Assembly (NCBI GenBank): GCA_050084985.1
Contig: JBITNC010000002.1
Coordinates: 24,366,001 to 24,430,000, forward strand
Reading direction: 5' to 3'
DNA length: 64,000 nucleotides
Source of the DNA: Nageia nagi
Taxonomy: Eukaryota; Plantae; Pinophyta
Both the position numbers and the translations under genes were made by a program. Of this stretch, positions 37,154 to 51,576 are shown one piece after another. The notes below the pieces were generated by a model. The model was not told the origin of the DNA. It did no database searches and saw only the letters and a list, made by a program, of their open reading frames with translations. Numbering within the stretch: the first letter of the stretch is position 1; every line of letters begins with the position of its first letter.

Positions 37154-38887
37154 AAGTTATAAATTTTTTAAAAAGTTTGAAAACTTACTGGGTCCTCGTG
37201 AAGAGGTGCTTTCTTTATGCTCTTATCACGGATTCAGGAGTACTTTCAGTTCCACTGTTGTAATAATCCTCTGTCGCTGCGCTTGACCACGACCAGTAAA
37301 TAATGACAAAACAAATGCATTCCGTGACCATCCAGTATCCGGTGCAATCGAGTATTCTTTCGAATTCTGCACATCTTGAATCTTAGCCAACTGTTGATCA
37401 GACCCACGTCGTATTTAATGCTATTCAATGCCATCCGCACACAGAGTTTTCGTTTGTTTATCCGAATACAAGTGCGATCAACGTTGGAATGAATATGAAT
37501 GGCTATGGAGCGAATATGGAAGTAGAAAGTGGTGATTAAGGGATGGGAGTTAAGTTGTAATTGTCTTCTTCTCGAGGAGGAGTAGGACCATGGTGCAGGA
37601 TCCACTGAAAAATTTCAGAGCATGGGTTGGTTTGCGTTTTATTCAGTGGAGTCATATACACAGCGCAGACTGCCACTTTTTTTTTACAGCATGTAGCAAA
37701 TAGTATTTTGGTTGAAGTTGAAGCGCAATACTTTCTGTTTACATGAACACAGGGAGTAGGTGATTTCTTCTGAGAATGATTGAAACCAAGATAATTAAGA
37801 TTCTGCAGCGGGGCTTCCCCTTGTCTGCCATTTGCGGACACTTGCTCAGACCTTGACAAAGATTCACTTTCCCGAAACTGGACTGTGCAATATTTTTTTA
37901 AAAATTTTAGATACAGTTCACTTATCCTTTCGATATCTGCTAAGAATTCAATGGTTTTTTTAATGGCGCTGGATTTCAAGTATGTTGGGAAATTTTTCGA
38001 AATTAGCTGTATTTATCGATGTTAGGGTTAAACGCATTGTCAGGTTTAGATTTTCAATTTTTTTTTTAATCTATCAATTAAATTCTTTTTGAGGTTTTCT
38101 TTATTCAAATACTTGTTTACGTTTTGATTTAACTGAATAACTCTTCAGAAAATTATTATTATTCAATGGTTCGTCATTCGTTAGGTTTGGCGATTATTTT
38201 CTCATCCAATGATTTTATATAAATGATTTAGGAGTGATCTATCAAAGCAGTTGTCAAACCTTCAAAATTAATGGTGAATACAATTAGAAATTAGAAGTAG
38301 GTGTCAAGGTAGTGAACGTTGAATGCAAGATATCAGATGAACTGAAATAGATCGAAATTTTGATGGTTTATTATTAAAAAATTTAGGTGTAGAACATCAA
38401 ATATACATTTTCATATTTTTGAAGGGCATCATATTTAACATTTTAAATTTTAAAAATTAATTTTTTAATCATAAAAAATTTAAAAAATAAAAGAAGTTTA
38501 AATAAAAATCAAATTCTAAGTTTGTCATTATCTATTTCAAGTTATCAAATTTTGTTTTTAAAAAATGGTGAAAAAAAAAACTGTGTTGTATTTAGAGAAT
38601 CTTTCATCTAGATAATTGTAATGTTTTGATCAATATACCATCTATCGTAACATAAAACACACTAAAATGAAAAGAAACGTTAATTCCACTTTGTTTCACC
38701 CTGAGAAAAAAGATTACACGAAGTAAGATTTAATCAGACCTACTAATACTTGTTGACAGCATCTGACGATGTTAAACCTGTTACAATCAGGAATGGTATT
38801 CTGAAGGCTAAATTATGTGTATGAAAGGTTAGTTTTCCTGAAACCCTTGTTTAGAGAAGGCTTCACAATCAGTTGTCTGTCCGCCCC

Positions 38888-38891
<4 letters not shown>

Positions 38892-38933
<42 letters not shown>
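38892..38933. repeat. A42 homopolymer
   Basis: Direct observation. Confidence 0.99.
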
Positions 38934-38936
<3 letters not shown>

Positions 38937-39642
38937 TATAAGTTGTCTGGGACCACGAACTGCGATTCTGGTGAATCAGAAAGTTGCCAAAACATCAACG
39001 TGAGCCATTAAATAGAGGGTTCAGAGGACAACGCATACACAATTAAAAGAGTGAAATGTTATCTATCATACTTAAAGTTGTAACTTTATACTAAATAATT
39101 TACAGTTACAAAATTATTGTTGTGAGCAGGAAGCATAATTTCAAAAAGACCTAGAGAAGAAGGTAAAAGAAGAAAGTATTGACAGAATCACCACCATCTT
39201 TTTCAGCTTTTGCAATAGACTGTATTCTGTAATAATTTCCTCCAGGATTTCTACATGAAAAGTAAGGCATCCACTGACTAAAAGTGGCTCCTACTGGAAT
39301 CATTACCATCACAATTGTGTGATTGCACAGAGATTTTATTATTTTGTCATTGTGACCAATAACAAGTTTAATTATTAGACTGAGGAAGCTATTTGAGCAT
39401 GGAGATCTCTCTATGAGTTTGTGCTTCTAGGTATATGTCAATAATTAGCTTGACTGAACCAAAAAGGAATACTCTTTCCAACTCAATTCAGGGCATGGTG
39501 GTTCAGAGCAGAAGTCCAAAAAGGAATTATTATAGCGGATAACTTTGAGGATAGTCTGTTACAAAGTTACCTGCTTTTTGTGCGCAAAGAAATAATAAAA
39601 GTCTATGAGTAGAAATGAAGTGAAGTGTTATTAATGATGGTC

Positions 39643-40137
39643 AAATTTATAAAGTTCACTTTTAATATGGAAGTACATCGAGTTTTAACATTTTTTTTTT
39701 ATTATAAGTATTAAATGGTGATTACAACTTGGAAGAATATGAACATAACATTGTCACGAAACAACAAAATTCCTTCAACTTGTAACCTCTTTGAATTCTC
39801 TTTGAAATAGAATTGAATAAACAACATACCTCAAAATCCCATAGAACTATCAAAACACCTTTAACAACCTTGAAAATGATGCAACTTTGGAAGATGTAGA
39901 AGTTATTGATCCTTCAACTTTCAAAAATGAACAAAACCATTCCAACTTCCCTCAAAACCACTACAAGGAATGGATAGCTAGCAGTCCAATTATGAAAAGA
40001 AAAGGATCGCTAGCAGTCTTCTTCTTGTGCTACCAAGTCACCAAATTTCATGAGCATGTCTAATTTTGAGTATGAAGATTGATGCTGATGATCTTCATTC
40101 CTGAAATTAAACTTCAAAAATGACCCTTTTCGGATCA
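39643..40137 (-). repeat. 3' LTR, distal ~240 bp missing
   Basis: Aligns with 53125-53619. No similarity to 52883-53124 is seen left of 39643. Confidence 0.85.
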
Positions 40138-43100
40138 CACCTCCCAAATGAGGGGGCTTTTTATTTCCAAAAAACTATTTTGGAATAAGATGAGGAAATA
40201 ATTCCCCACCTTTGATACTTTCATACTATTTGGTTTTATTCTAGGCAATTTTCCCTTCAATCCAATCAACTAAAGTTCTTGTTGCACCCTACTTGAGTCT
40301 TGAACCAATGCATTCATGGTGTGAGAAACTAAATCATTAATTGATAGAAAAACTTGATTACCTTTGAATGTTATTCTTTAGTGTGCATGGATGGCTCAAA
40401 CAATTTCAACTTCTCCACAATCACAATCGAATAAATATTCATGTAAGTAGGTAAGTCCAACCTAAAAGCATTCTCACTCACTTGCTCCACAATATGAAGT
40501 GGTCCATACCTGATTGATTTCAACTACTTGATTGATTCTTACAACCTATCTTTTTGTAGATATAACCAAACTTGGTCTCTCACTTGAAACTTGTGATAAA
40601 CCTTATGCTTGTCATGTCTCAACTTGTACTTAGATTGACTTGCTTTAAGTTGCTCTTGAACTTTGAAATGAACCTGCCTAATCTTATCAACGAAAATTTT
40701 AACTTGTTTTCTTCTTTCAAAATTGAAACTTCTTCACTCTCTTGTTACCCAAAAATATAATCAAAAGATGATGGAGGAAGATAACCAAAATATATCTTAA
40801 ATGGTACTTTATTTGTAGAAATAAGAATTGCCCTATTGTATGCATGTTAGATACAAACAAGATGCTCATCCCAAGTATTAGAATTCTTACCACAATAACC
40901 TCTTAAGAGCTAACAATGAGTTTATTAACTACTTCCATTTGACCATTTATTTAATTATCTCCATTCTTTCCTACATACAAGTCCAAAAATGGCCTAAAAA
41001 TGTTGAATCCCTATCTAAAATAATTGAGTTAGGTAAATCAAAATGAACCCACATATGAGTAAATAAAAAATAAACAACTTCTTGTACAGTAATAGTCATC
41101 TTACATGGAATCAAGACATACATCTTGCTAAAAAGATCCACCATAACAAATAAGTAATCATGTCTCCTTTTAGACATAGACAACGCGCCTACAAAATCCA
41201 TTGAGATACTTTCCCAAGGGCAGTTAGGAATTGAAAGTGGTTGATACAAACCCAATTTTTTTTTGCTTATCTTACTTATACAAAACATAATACATTCTTG
41301 AATGTATTTTGCAACTTGATCCTGCTTTTTGGGCCAATATAAGTACCTTTTCAAATTTGTAACTATTTTCCCAACTTGAAAATGATCAACAATTTTTGAT
41401 GTATGTTCCTCTCTAATCAAATGAACTCTTTCACTTTCAAGAATACATAACAAATTCAACTTATAAAGAATTCCATCAACAATATAATACTCATTCATAC
41501 CTTCACATTTTGGTGTAGATGATTATTTCAACTTTTGATACACATATCCAAAGTCTGAATCCTGTAAATAAGCCTCTTGAAGAGACTCTTGAACAAATGG
41601 AAAAAATTGCATCAATGAGAGAAAAGAAAAATTACAATGTCGGAGGATCGTTGATGATCCTTTTTATTAGTATTTAGACCATTGATGATCATGTTATCTA
41701 CAATAGGAGGTCTGGAAAGCATGTCAACAATTTTATTTATACTTCCCTTGTTGTATTTCTATACAAAATGAAACTATAGCAAAAATACCATCCATTGATA
41801 ATATCTTGTTTGTTGTAAATTTGATTAAGTTTGCAAGTATTGCAATGGTTGATGATCAATATGAATAATGGTCTCCTTGCCCATAAGATAATGCTTCCAC
41901 TTATGTACTACCTGAATTAGAGCATACAAATCCTTTTCATAAGTAGGATAATTCAAAACTACTCCACTCAACTTCTTGGAATGATAACAAATTGGTCTTC
42001 TCACTTACATCAAAATTGCTCCCATACGATACTCACTATCATCAATATTAATATCAAAAGGTTACTGCAAATTAAGGAGTGCTAAAATAAGTGTATTACT
42101 AATCTTATATTTAAGAAAATCAAATGAAGCTTGTTGTGAATTTCCCCATGAAAAATATTTCCTTTTACCTGTTATGTCATGTAAATGTGAAGCAATATTA
42201 GAGAAATAAAAAATAAACTTCCTCAAATATAGAACAACTCCAAGAAAAATCCTTATTTCTATCACATTACTTGGCATTGGCCAATCCATAATGATTCTTA
42301 CTTTTTTTGGACCCATCTTAAGTTTCCCACCACCAACAATGTGGCCTAAATACACCAAAGACTATTTTTCAAACTCATATTTACTCATTTTCAACAACAA
42401 TTTTATTTTTGCAAATTTTGAAATACTTACCTAAGATGTAACATATGATCTTCCCAAGTATCACCATATAAAGTATATCATCCAAGTGTACAATAAAAAA
42501 AGATCAGTGAAAGGTCTAAGGACTTCATTCATTACCCTCATAAAAGTTGTTGGTGCATTATACAATCTAAAAAGTAAAACAAGCCACTCAAATAGGCATT
42601 GTCTTATTTGAAGGTTGTTTTCCAAAGGTCCTCTTCTTTGATTCTTATTCGGTGATAACCACTCCTTAAGTCCATCTTGGAAAAGAATCTTGCCCCTTGC
42701 AACTGATCCATAAGATCATATATCCAAGGTAATGGATAACAATTCTTAATTGTGATCTTATTTAAAGCCCTATAATCAATACACATCCTCCATGAACCAT
42801 CCTTACTTTACACCAAAGTAATAGGTGAATTGCATGGAGATGTACTATATCTAATCACACCCTAATTAACCAGCTCCTGAATCTTATTCTTGATCTCCTT
42901 TTGCTCCAAAATTGATTATCTATACAAATCTATGTTAAGAGGAGGGGAATTAGGAAACAATTGTATTTCATGTTAAATATACCTCTTATGTGGTAACCTT
43001 GATGGCTTTGCAAACAACTCCTAAAACTCTTGCAATAATTCATACATTTGGTTCCCTTGGAAATAGACCATTGACAACCCTTCCGTTGCACAAAGGACAA

Positions 43101-43713
43101 CTGACAATCCCTTTATGGTAATATTTTTACTAGAAATTTTGACCATGAGAAAAATAATTTTTTTGCTTGCAATAATAATTCTCTGTACCTAACTTACAGT
43201 AACAAAGGGAATTTATTTTCTACTTTTATGAGCATGAATGGTATAATACTTTTATTCCTTTATCAACTTATGTTTATTTTTCCTCCTATAACAAAGACCA
43301 TCTCTATCCCACAAATATGGATTTCCAAACACAAAACCACATATATCCAAAGGAACAACATCAACTACCATTTTATCATGATAATTTATACTTGTGCTAA
43401 ATTGCAACTTACATTATTTTGTGACTTGTAATTTGGCATCTTGATTTACCCATCCTAGAGGATATGGATATAGATGATTATATGTCTTTTAGCCCCAATT
43501 CTTCCACTAAACTTTTAGAAATCAAATTAAATTGGGTACTAGGATAAAAAAAAATAGAACCAACTTTCTTCTTACCAATTTGAACCTTGAAATGAGATAA
43601 TTGTATCCTCTTTTCCTTAATCTCTTTCTCATCTCCAACTATTTGTACTAATGTGCAATTGAGTTGATCAGAATCTTAACTATCCTCAACATCCTCATTC
43701 TAAGTAACCATTG

Positions 43714-44346
43714 TGTAGCCTGTAAATAATGACTTGCGATCAAACAAATCACTATTTGTACTACAAAACACCACTTAAAGTATTATAAGCACTTGTAGGA
43801 GTATTAATAATCATTGGTATTGGATCAAATACTTTCTTCATCGAATTTGATATATTTTGTTCATGAAAAATTTGTCTTACGAATATGGAGCTTCACAAAT
43901 GTAAGATCTATGATGTGCATACCCTAATTGTAGTCCTCGTACATCGTCGACACCATTAGATTTGATAGAAATATAAATAAACTCAGATGATATGACATTA
44001 TGATGAAGAATAAATAATCAATCCTTAGATAAGTGGTTTCAAAATACTCCATTGTTATTTGAAGTGTGAATTAATCATGAGTCAACCTATCCAAATGTTG
44101 TGAGGATATGATCTAATCATCCCATAGGGAATTCCTTACTTTGAATATTATTTTTTAGCTAAACGTCTTGGCTACTTGTGCTTCTTGAGATATTCGTTTA
44201 TTACATAGTTTATGGTACTTTTCTTGATAATGTCACCAATTACATTGTTTACGATGCCTTCATTGATATTTACAACACCTTTTACAATATTTTCCCTTGT
44301 TACCTAAAATATGATTCTATTAAATAGAAATCATATTTAGGTGGCA
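43714..44346 (-). repeat. 3' LTR of the Tat/Ogre element
   Basis: Aligns with 51577-52204; adjacent PPT at 44347-44361. Confidence 0.88.
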
Positions 44347-47300
44347 TTTTACCCCTCTTTGGAGATGTAATATAAAGAAATAAAATTACATGTCCAAAGA
44401 ATTTTGAGAAGATTTTTTTTTTTTTAAAGTAAACTTTTTGGTGGCTTGGAACTTTTGGTGAAGCATCTTCCTTTCCCTCTTTTATCTTGGTTTCCCCTAG
44501 GGAATCCATGGTAGGGGTAATCAATATAAAAAATGTGAGAATTTGGCATCTTTGTTGCATTTGTGCTAGTAAAAATGGATAGTGGTGACTCCTTCATACA
44601 TTGCTAGGGAGTTCGCTTGTTTTGGAAACTCTATAATCTCTTGAATAAGACTATTGGTGTTTTTTGGATTTGTATTTGGAGGAGTTAAGGGTACTTGCAT
44701 TATGGTTGTAGTGTTTAGATGATGTAGATGCCATTATTTTACTTCTATTTTTATTTATTTATTTTTGTTAGTTAGTAGTTTCCAGGAATTTGATTTTCAA
44801 ATATTATCTACCTAATAAGCTAATTTCCATAAATAAGAGATTTTTCTCTCTTTTTTTGAATCAAGTAATATCTACCAAGAATCTCATTACAAATATTACC
44901 TGCTTATTTTCCTCAACAAGCTAAATTTCACAAACACGAGAGTTTTTTTCTCTTTTTTTTTTTTAAAAAGGACATCAACACTCTGTTACCACAAAAAAAG
45001 GGCATTGATGCTATGTGAAATAAAAAAATCAGAATTGGAATAAAAATATACATGTACAAGTACCTTAGTAAGATGCATCTTTGTGGAACTAGGTATGAAG
45101 ATAATTTTCTTAGGCATAGAAGCATTTGAGATGTCTATCATTGAAGGTTTTGGCTCTTCTTTTCCATCTATTATGAAAAATATGTAGGCACTTGATTCTA
45201 TACTGTTTATAACAACATATGGCCCTAGCCAATTTGGTTCAAACTTACCTCTTACCTCATCATTACTTGCTATCTTATTGATATTCTCTTTTAGTACCAA
45301 ATCTCCTACTTGAAAATTTTTTGGCTTTACTTTTTTTCTCATATTCCCTTTTGATTTTTGCATGATAAACTTTTTGATGTTCTATTGCATGGATTCATAT
45401 CTCATCCAAGGCCTCAAACTATTGTAGCCTTATTTTTCTTGCTTCTTCATCTAGAATATCTCCATGTAGTAAGATTCTTAGTGAAGGAATATCTAACTCA
45501 AGTGGTGCAAAAGCGTTATCACCATATACCAAAGAGAATGGTTTTACTCTTGTAGCTATTTTAATACTAGTCTTGTATGCCCAAAGTAAATATGATAGTT
45601 GTTCATGCAAATCTCTCTTATATCTATTCTATGTTTTGGAGAGAATTATTTTGATTGTCTTGTTAGAGGCTTTAGCTTGACCATTGCCTTATGGATAATA
45701 TGTAGAAGAAATGTTTTCCTGAAATTTTTTTACGAAAAAATTTCATATCCTTACCTTTGAAATTAGGACCATTATCCATGATCAATTGTTTTGGCACACC
45801 AAATCTTGTGATGATATTTTTTTATAAGAAACTTGATGATCTTATCTTGAGTACTAGATTTCATTGGAATAGCCTCTACCCATTTGGTGATGAATTTGGT
45901 GGTTGTAATGATAAACTTATGCCCCTCTCTCAAATGTGGATTTATCATTCCAACTAGATTAATACCCTAAACTATAAAAGGCCATGGTGCAACAGTTGGG
46001 TTGATCTCTTTTAATGACATTTTCTCAAGATTGAATTATTTTTGATGTTGCAAATATTTCTTGACATGAACTTTGTAATCTTCTTCCATTTATGGCCAAT
46101 AATACCTAATTTGTAGGATATTTGTGTACATGGCTTTCACATAGAAATATCCTCTACACAACCCATCACGTGCTTGTTCAAGAGTTGATTCTATCTCATG
46201 ATGTGTGAGACATCTTCAAAGAGATCCATCAAAAGGTATTCTATACAAAATTTTTCCAATAATTACATACTTGAGGACTATCCCCTTCAACTCGATCCTT
46301 TGATTTCTATTAGAATATTGTGGGATAGTTTAATCTTGTAAATAATGATAAATATCTTTGAATACCATGATGGATTGATACCTTCTTGAGATGCTAGACA
46401 ACAACTAAAAATGATCAGTAGGACTACATCCTATGTAAGAAGACATACCTAACTTTTTGATAGTAAGAACTATCTCTTCATCTTCTATTTCTATGGGATC
46501 CAAGGAGGCTGCACTTGCCATGGCATTTGCATATATGTTGTTGGCTCTTAGAATATTCTCAATTATGTATCCACTCAAATGATAATGGAGTTGGCCAACC
46601 AATCCTTTATATGGATGTAGATTATGATATTTTGTATTGTAAAGATCATTCACTTAGTTAATGATAAGTTGAGAATCACCATAACCTTGAGACTTTTGAT
46701 CTTAAGAAATACATAAGCTTTGATGCCTAAGATTAATGCTTCATATTATACTATTTGTGTAATTTAAACCAAGTTTGTATGGGATATGAATTACATCATT
46801 TGAAGGAGAAAATATAATTATACCTACCCCTGCTCCATATGTACATTTGGATCCATCAGATATAATTCCCATTCATCTGGTTGTTCCTCAATCTAATAGA
46901 AATATTCATAAATAATCTCCCACTAATAAGAAAAATGGCATGGGTGCCCTTCAAAATGACACATGTACCATTGGGGTGGACAATATTATGTGTTATCATA
47001 TAGGAATTCTTTGTAGATCATGATTCCATAATTTTGAGGGTACTCAACCATCAAATATGCAATTGCTTACCATTTAACAATTTTTTTATTTCATAACATT
47101 TGTATCAAATTATTTTAATAAAATCATTCATTTTTTCCACCCTTCTTGAGAGGTTTTGTTTGGCCATGAGGTACTTCAAAGGATTGATAAGACACACAAT
47201 ATATGTAGTGTGGTATAGAAGGTAATTCCTCAATTTTTCAGTAGAAAAAAAATTCCAAAAAATTTGATTTTCCATAGGAGTGTACTTGGTTTCATACTCC

Positions 47301-50300
47301 AAAGGCATATTCATGAGATAATATATAACTCTTTCTTTTAGAGCATCATCTTTTTGGCATAGCATATCCCCCAAGGCATACATTCTAGATGAAATACAAA
47401 AATATGCTTCTTTTGTAAAATCCATTGATACTAAGACATGAGGATTCATCAAATATTGCTTTATACTCTCAAAGAATTTTGACATCTATCATCCCATACA
47501 AATTTGACATCCTTTTTAAGCAAATGAGTGAAAAGCATATAGTTATCACCAAGATGAGAAATAAATCTTCTAAGAAAATTGATTTTACCTTGGAGACTCC
47601 TTAGTTGCTTGACATTTTTGGGAGGGGCCATATTGATGATTACTTTTACCTTATTTGGATAAACTTTTATGCCTCCTTTTGAAACCATGAAGCCCAATAG
47701 ATTTCCTAATGTGATTATATAAGAACATTTTTGTGGCTTTAATCTAAGATGGTACTTCTCAAGGATGTTAAAGACTTCCTCCAATTATTGTATATGATCC
47801 TTTCTTATTGACTTTTGTTATGCCATGCTCCAATTTTGACTTATCTTGGTTGGTCATAGTCCCAATGTTGATTTCGTTAAGATCTTTAATAGGAAATTAT
47901 AATTCTCCTCCTTTTGGTAGTAAATAAGGGATTTCTTCTAAGCTAAAAATATCACAAGTATCCTCTTCCTTATCCTCAATTCGTAAATACTCATCAATAT
48001 CATCTAAAAGCTCAATCAAATTGTATTATGAAACAAATTTAGTAGATCTTGAAGACTTTGTAGTGGATTGAGTGCATCTTAAACCTTTTTTTTTTTATCA
48101 TTTTGAGCAATTAAATCTAATGGAAAAGTGGACATTCCTTGCTTTATATTTCCCAGACCTCCTCCCCTATAATTGCATTTTTATTTCATATACTTTTGAG
48201 AAAATGGTGAATGAAAGTAACCATTACAAACCTTACCCATTTCTAGTGTTCAAGATTTTTCATCATCAAGCTCAAGATTAGGTGTAAAAGAAGCTACAAA
48301 ATAAGAAGCACCTCATTGGCTATCATTTATACCTTATGTATGCCCTTCTATACAATGCATATATTGTTCATAGTGTACTATTTTTGGCTACCCTAGATCC
48401 TTGATGGAGTATATTGGATCTAGATTTTGAAGTGCATATCTAGGAATTATAACTCTAGATTTGCTAATTTACAAAGTGCATAAGACTCAAGATCTAATTC
48501 CACTATATAAATCTACCCTTATATTCAAATTTGAGGCAATTGTTGATGAGATAGAGAATGGCCTCATTTTTAATACATATTATGCCATTAATTAAATGTT
48601 TAAGGATATTAAAGTGAGTTATACATGTTTAAATACATGACATTTATCTAAAATAGGAATAAAATGATATATTTTGTTATTGACTAATGTTTTATGTTTT
48701 GTGCCAAAATCATGATTTAAAGCATCCATTGCTATTTCTATTTTCAATATTTAAGTATGATTTAATTATATTCGTTAATACCTTCTTTTGGAGGATCTTA
48801 TCATTGGCCCATTTTGAAGGATAAAGGTTTGGCATATTTTATGTGCTAAAATAATTGGAGGATTTTAATATTCACATGCTTCCATGGATTTTTCATAATG
48901 CTAGATTTGAAATACCTAGGGATTGAGAGGATGAGAATAATTCAAGCCAATGCCTTCAGATCTGCACCATAATTTGTAGTAAAAAATAATAGGGATTGAA
49001 GATTATTACAACCACTTCTTCTAGCTAGCAAGGTTTGAGAATGCATTAAATTTGGAGGTATCTTCAATATTAAAATTCTAGGAGAATAGAAAGCAATAAT
49101 GTGTAGATCATGCTAGTGCAACTACAAGGAAGAATAAATCATTCTAGGGATAAGATATCATAAGATTATGGTATTCAATAAATGTGGATTATCTGTTGCA
49201 ACTGGTTTTGTGCAAAGATAATCATGTAGGAGAAATTTCAGTAAGTAGTTGTTAGATAATAGTAAATAAAAAACCCTTCTTCTGAGAGAAGCAGGTAATG
49301 TTGGATAGAAAAAAGTTGTAATGTAGTATTGTTTGTAAGAAGCAATGATCAATAAAAGTAGCATTTTCCTCATCTCGAATTCAATTTAGAGAGTTTGCCA
49401 GAAGGAGCTTGGCCAACTCCATTGGTAGAGCCTCTATTTTATTTTCAATTTATTTCCTTCTAGCTTCATGAATGTTTCAATTTAGAGCAGCTGTTAGTGT
49501 GTTATTTCTTTTTTTGTAAAGGAATGTTATTTCTCTTTTTGCAAGTATGTGAACATAGAAAATTGTAGAAATATGATAGGATTTTTAATTGCAGATAACC
49601 TAGGATACCAAACCCTGGATTTGGCATTATTTAAATGGTGAATTGACACCTCATCAATTATTCAAGATAGAAGGAACTACCATCATCTCATGGATCCATG
49701 GTATTCTTAAGAGTAAGTTGTAAGTGAGTTTTCCACTCATGGCATGAAATGAGGATTGAACTATCTTTGGACCTAGTTGAAGTGGAAGTGAAATAATGCC
49801 TCTTTTGGATACATTATCAAATTCTCTTATACTAAGGCTACGCTCATCCATGGATGGGATTGTGACACCATTATTCTTTGGATCTTGCATAAATTTTTGC
49901 ATGAACAAATGCTGACTCCTGCATTGAGATCTACCATGGATCTTTCAATTTACCATCCCTTAATACTAGGTGTAATATAAAGAGCTAATAATTCATCAAT
50001 AATTTCCTTTTTGGGAAACTCTTTATCATCAAAACTAATGACATTACAATCTTGAAGGAACTAAATTTTCTCAAAAAAGTAGCAACATAAATATTACTAG
50101 GGTCCTATTATTTTTTGAATACATCATATACCATTTCGCTATATGGTTTAGAAATTTGAATGAGTTCAAATAAACTAATTTGTATTGGGTATTTTGTAAT
50201 TTCTCTATCATATTGCATGTCTTTGGATCAAGTGGGAGACTTGTTCATCTATAATAGGATTTGGAATTGCTCTTGGGCATCCTCTTTGAATAACTACACA

Positions 50301-51576
50301 TATATCCTCATCAACTAAAATAGTGTTGGCCACTTGATAGTTAAGAGTCTCCCTTGGTTGAGTTCCTTCACCTCATATTTTCCTTGTGCAATCAGATCCA
50401 AGATTGCACCCTATAATAGTTTACATTATTTAGTGGAATGTTCCCTCCTTTTATGGTAGGAACTATATAGATTTTGGTTGTCAAAATGCATGTTATCATC
50501 TTGTGCTCTCCTATCCAATGGTTTTATCAGTCCTTTCTTGAACAAATCCTAAAAGAAATCTTAAAGGAATAGGAAATGTGAATTTGGACACCCTTTATGT
50601 GGAGGATCTTGTCAATTTAGGTGCCTCATCCATGTTGATAACTTTATCATCTTTTCTAGCATAGGAGTTGTGTGGTGGTAGATTCATACTTAAGTGATCC
50701 AAGCTTAAGTAAGACCTTTAATCCTTAGTTATGACTCTCTTATTCATACTTCCAAAACCCATTTTAATATAATCTATAACATATTGTTTGAGATCAAGAA
50801 AAATAAAATCAACAAAAATACCACATATTTCTTCTTTAGGTAACTTACTTTATGTAGATTACCATACCCTTTTTAAGCAAGGGATGTATTTCTCTATGGA
50901 CTCATTTTTCCCTTGGCATAGAGAATATAAATCTATAAATTTGGAATGCTCCCTGATGTTTCATTTGTAATGGTCTATTAATACCTTAACATAAGCTTTG
51001 AAAGAATATATGGATTCAAGTGAAAGGGTATAAAACCATTGGATGGCATCTCCCTTGAGAATCCTTGGGAAGAACTTACTCATCAAATTTTCTTCAAATC
51101 CTAATTTTAGTAAGCACTCCTTCTAAAAGATGATGAGATGTTATTTTGGGTCTTTATCACCACTAAACATCTTGAAATTGGGGGTCTTGAAATCAAGTAG
51201 TATGGGAAAGTTGACGATTTTTGCTGATAAGGGGAAAGTGAAGATATTATCATAGTCTTCATGTTTATGTTTTTCTCTTTGTTGAGATTCTATATTTGAA
51301 ATTATTATGGCCAAGTCTTGTTGATATGGGACTTGGTTGGTACTTTTGGGTGCTTATTGTACAATGTCCATGGATGAAAACTTGGTCCTAAACAATTTTA
51401 CCAATTCTTAAAAGAGGGCTTTGGCAAAAGCAATAGGATTTAGTTGAGCCATTAAAATGGTATCGATACTAAGTTTTCAGATAAGAAACACCATCAACAC
51501 CATGGAGTTTATCATAAATGTATGTAATATTTTGTCCATGAACACAAACTCCCTCGATAAGTTGGCTTCACCTAAA

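Noticed and set aside
37576-37587. GGAGGAGTAGGA, partial miR482/2118 target or P-loop codons
   Set aside because: Only ~12 nt match, and no NB-ARC context.
38020-38032. TTAGGGTTAAA as a telomerase RNA template or telomeric repeat
   Set aside because: Single imperfect unit, with no USE/TATA promoter or other plant TR motifs.
39378-39430. RLRKLFEHGDLSMSLCF, a possible RRM-like exon
   Set aside because: Too short, followed by a stop, and neighbouring segments do not extend the domain.
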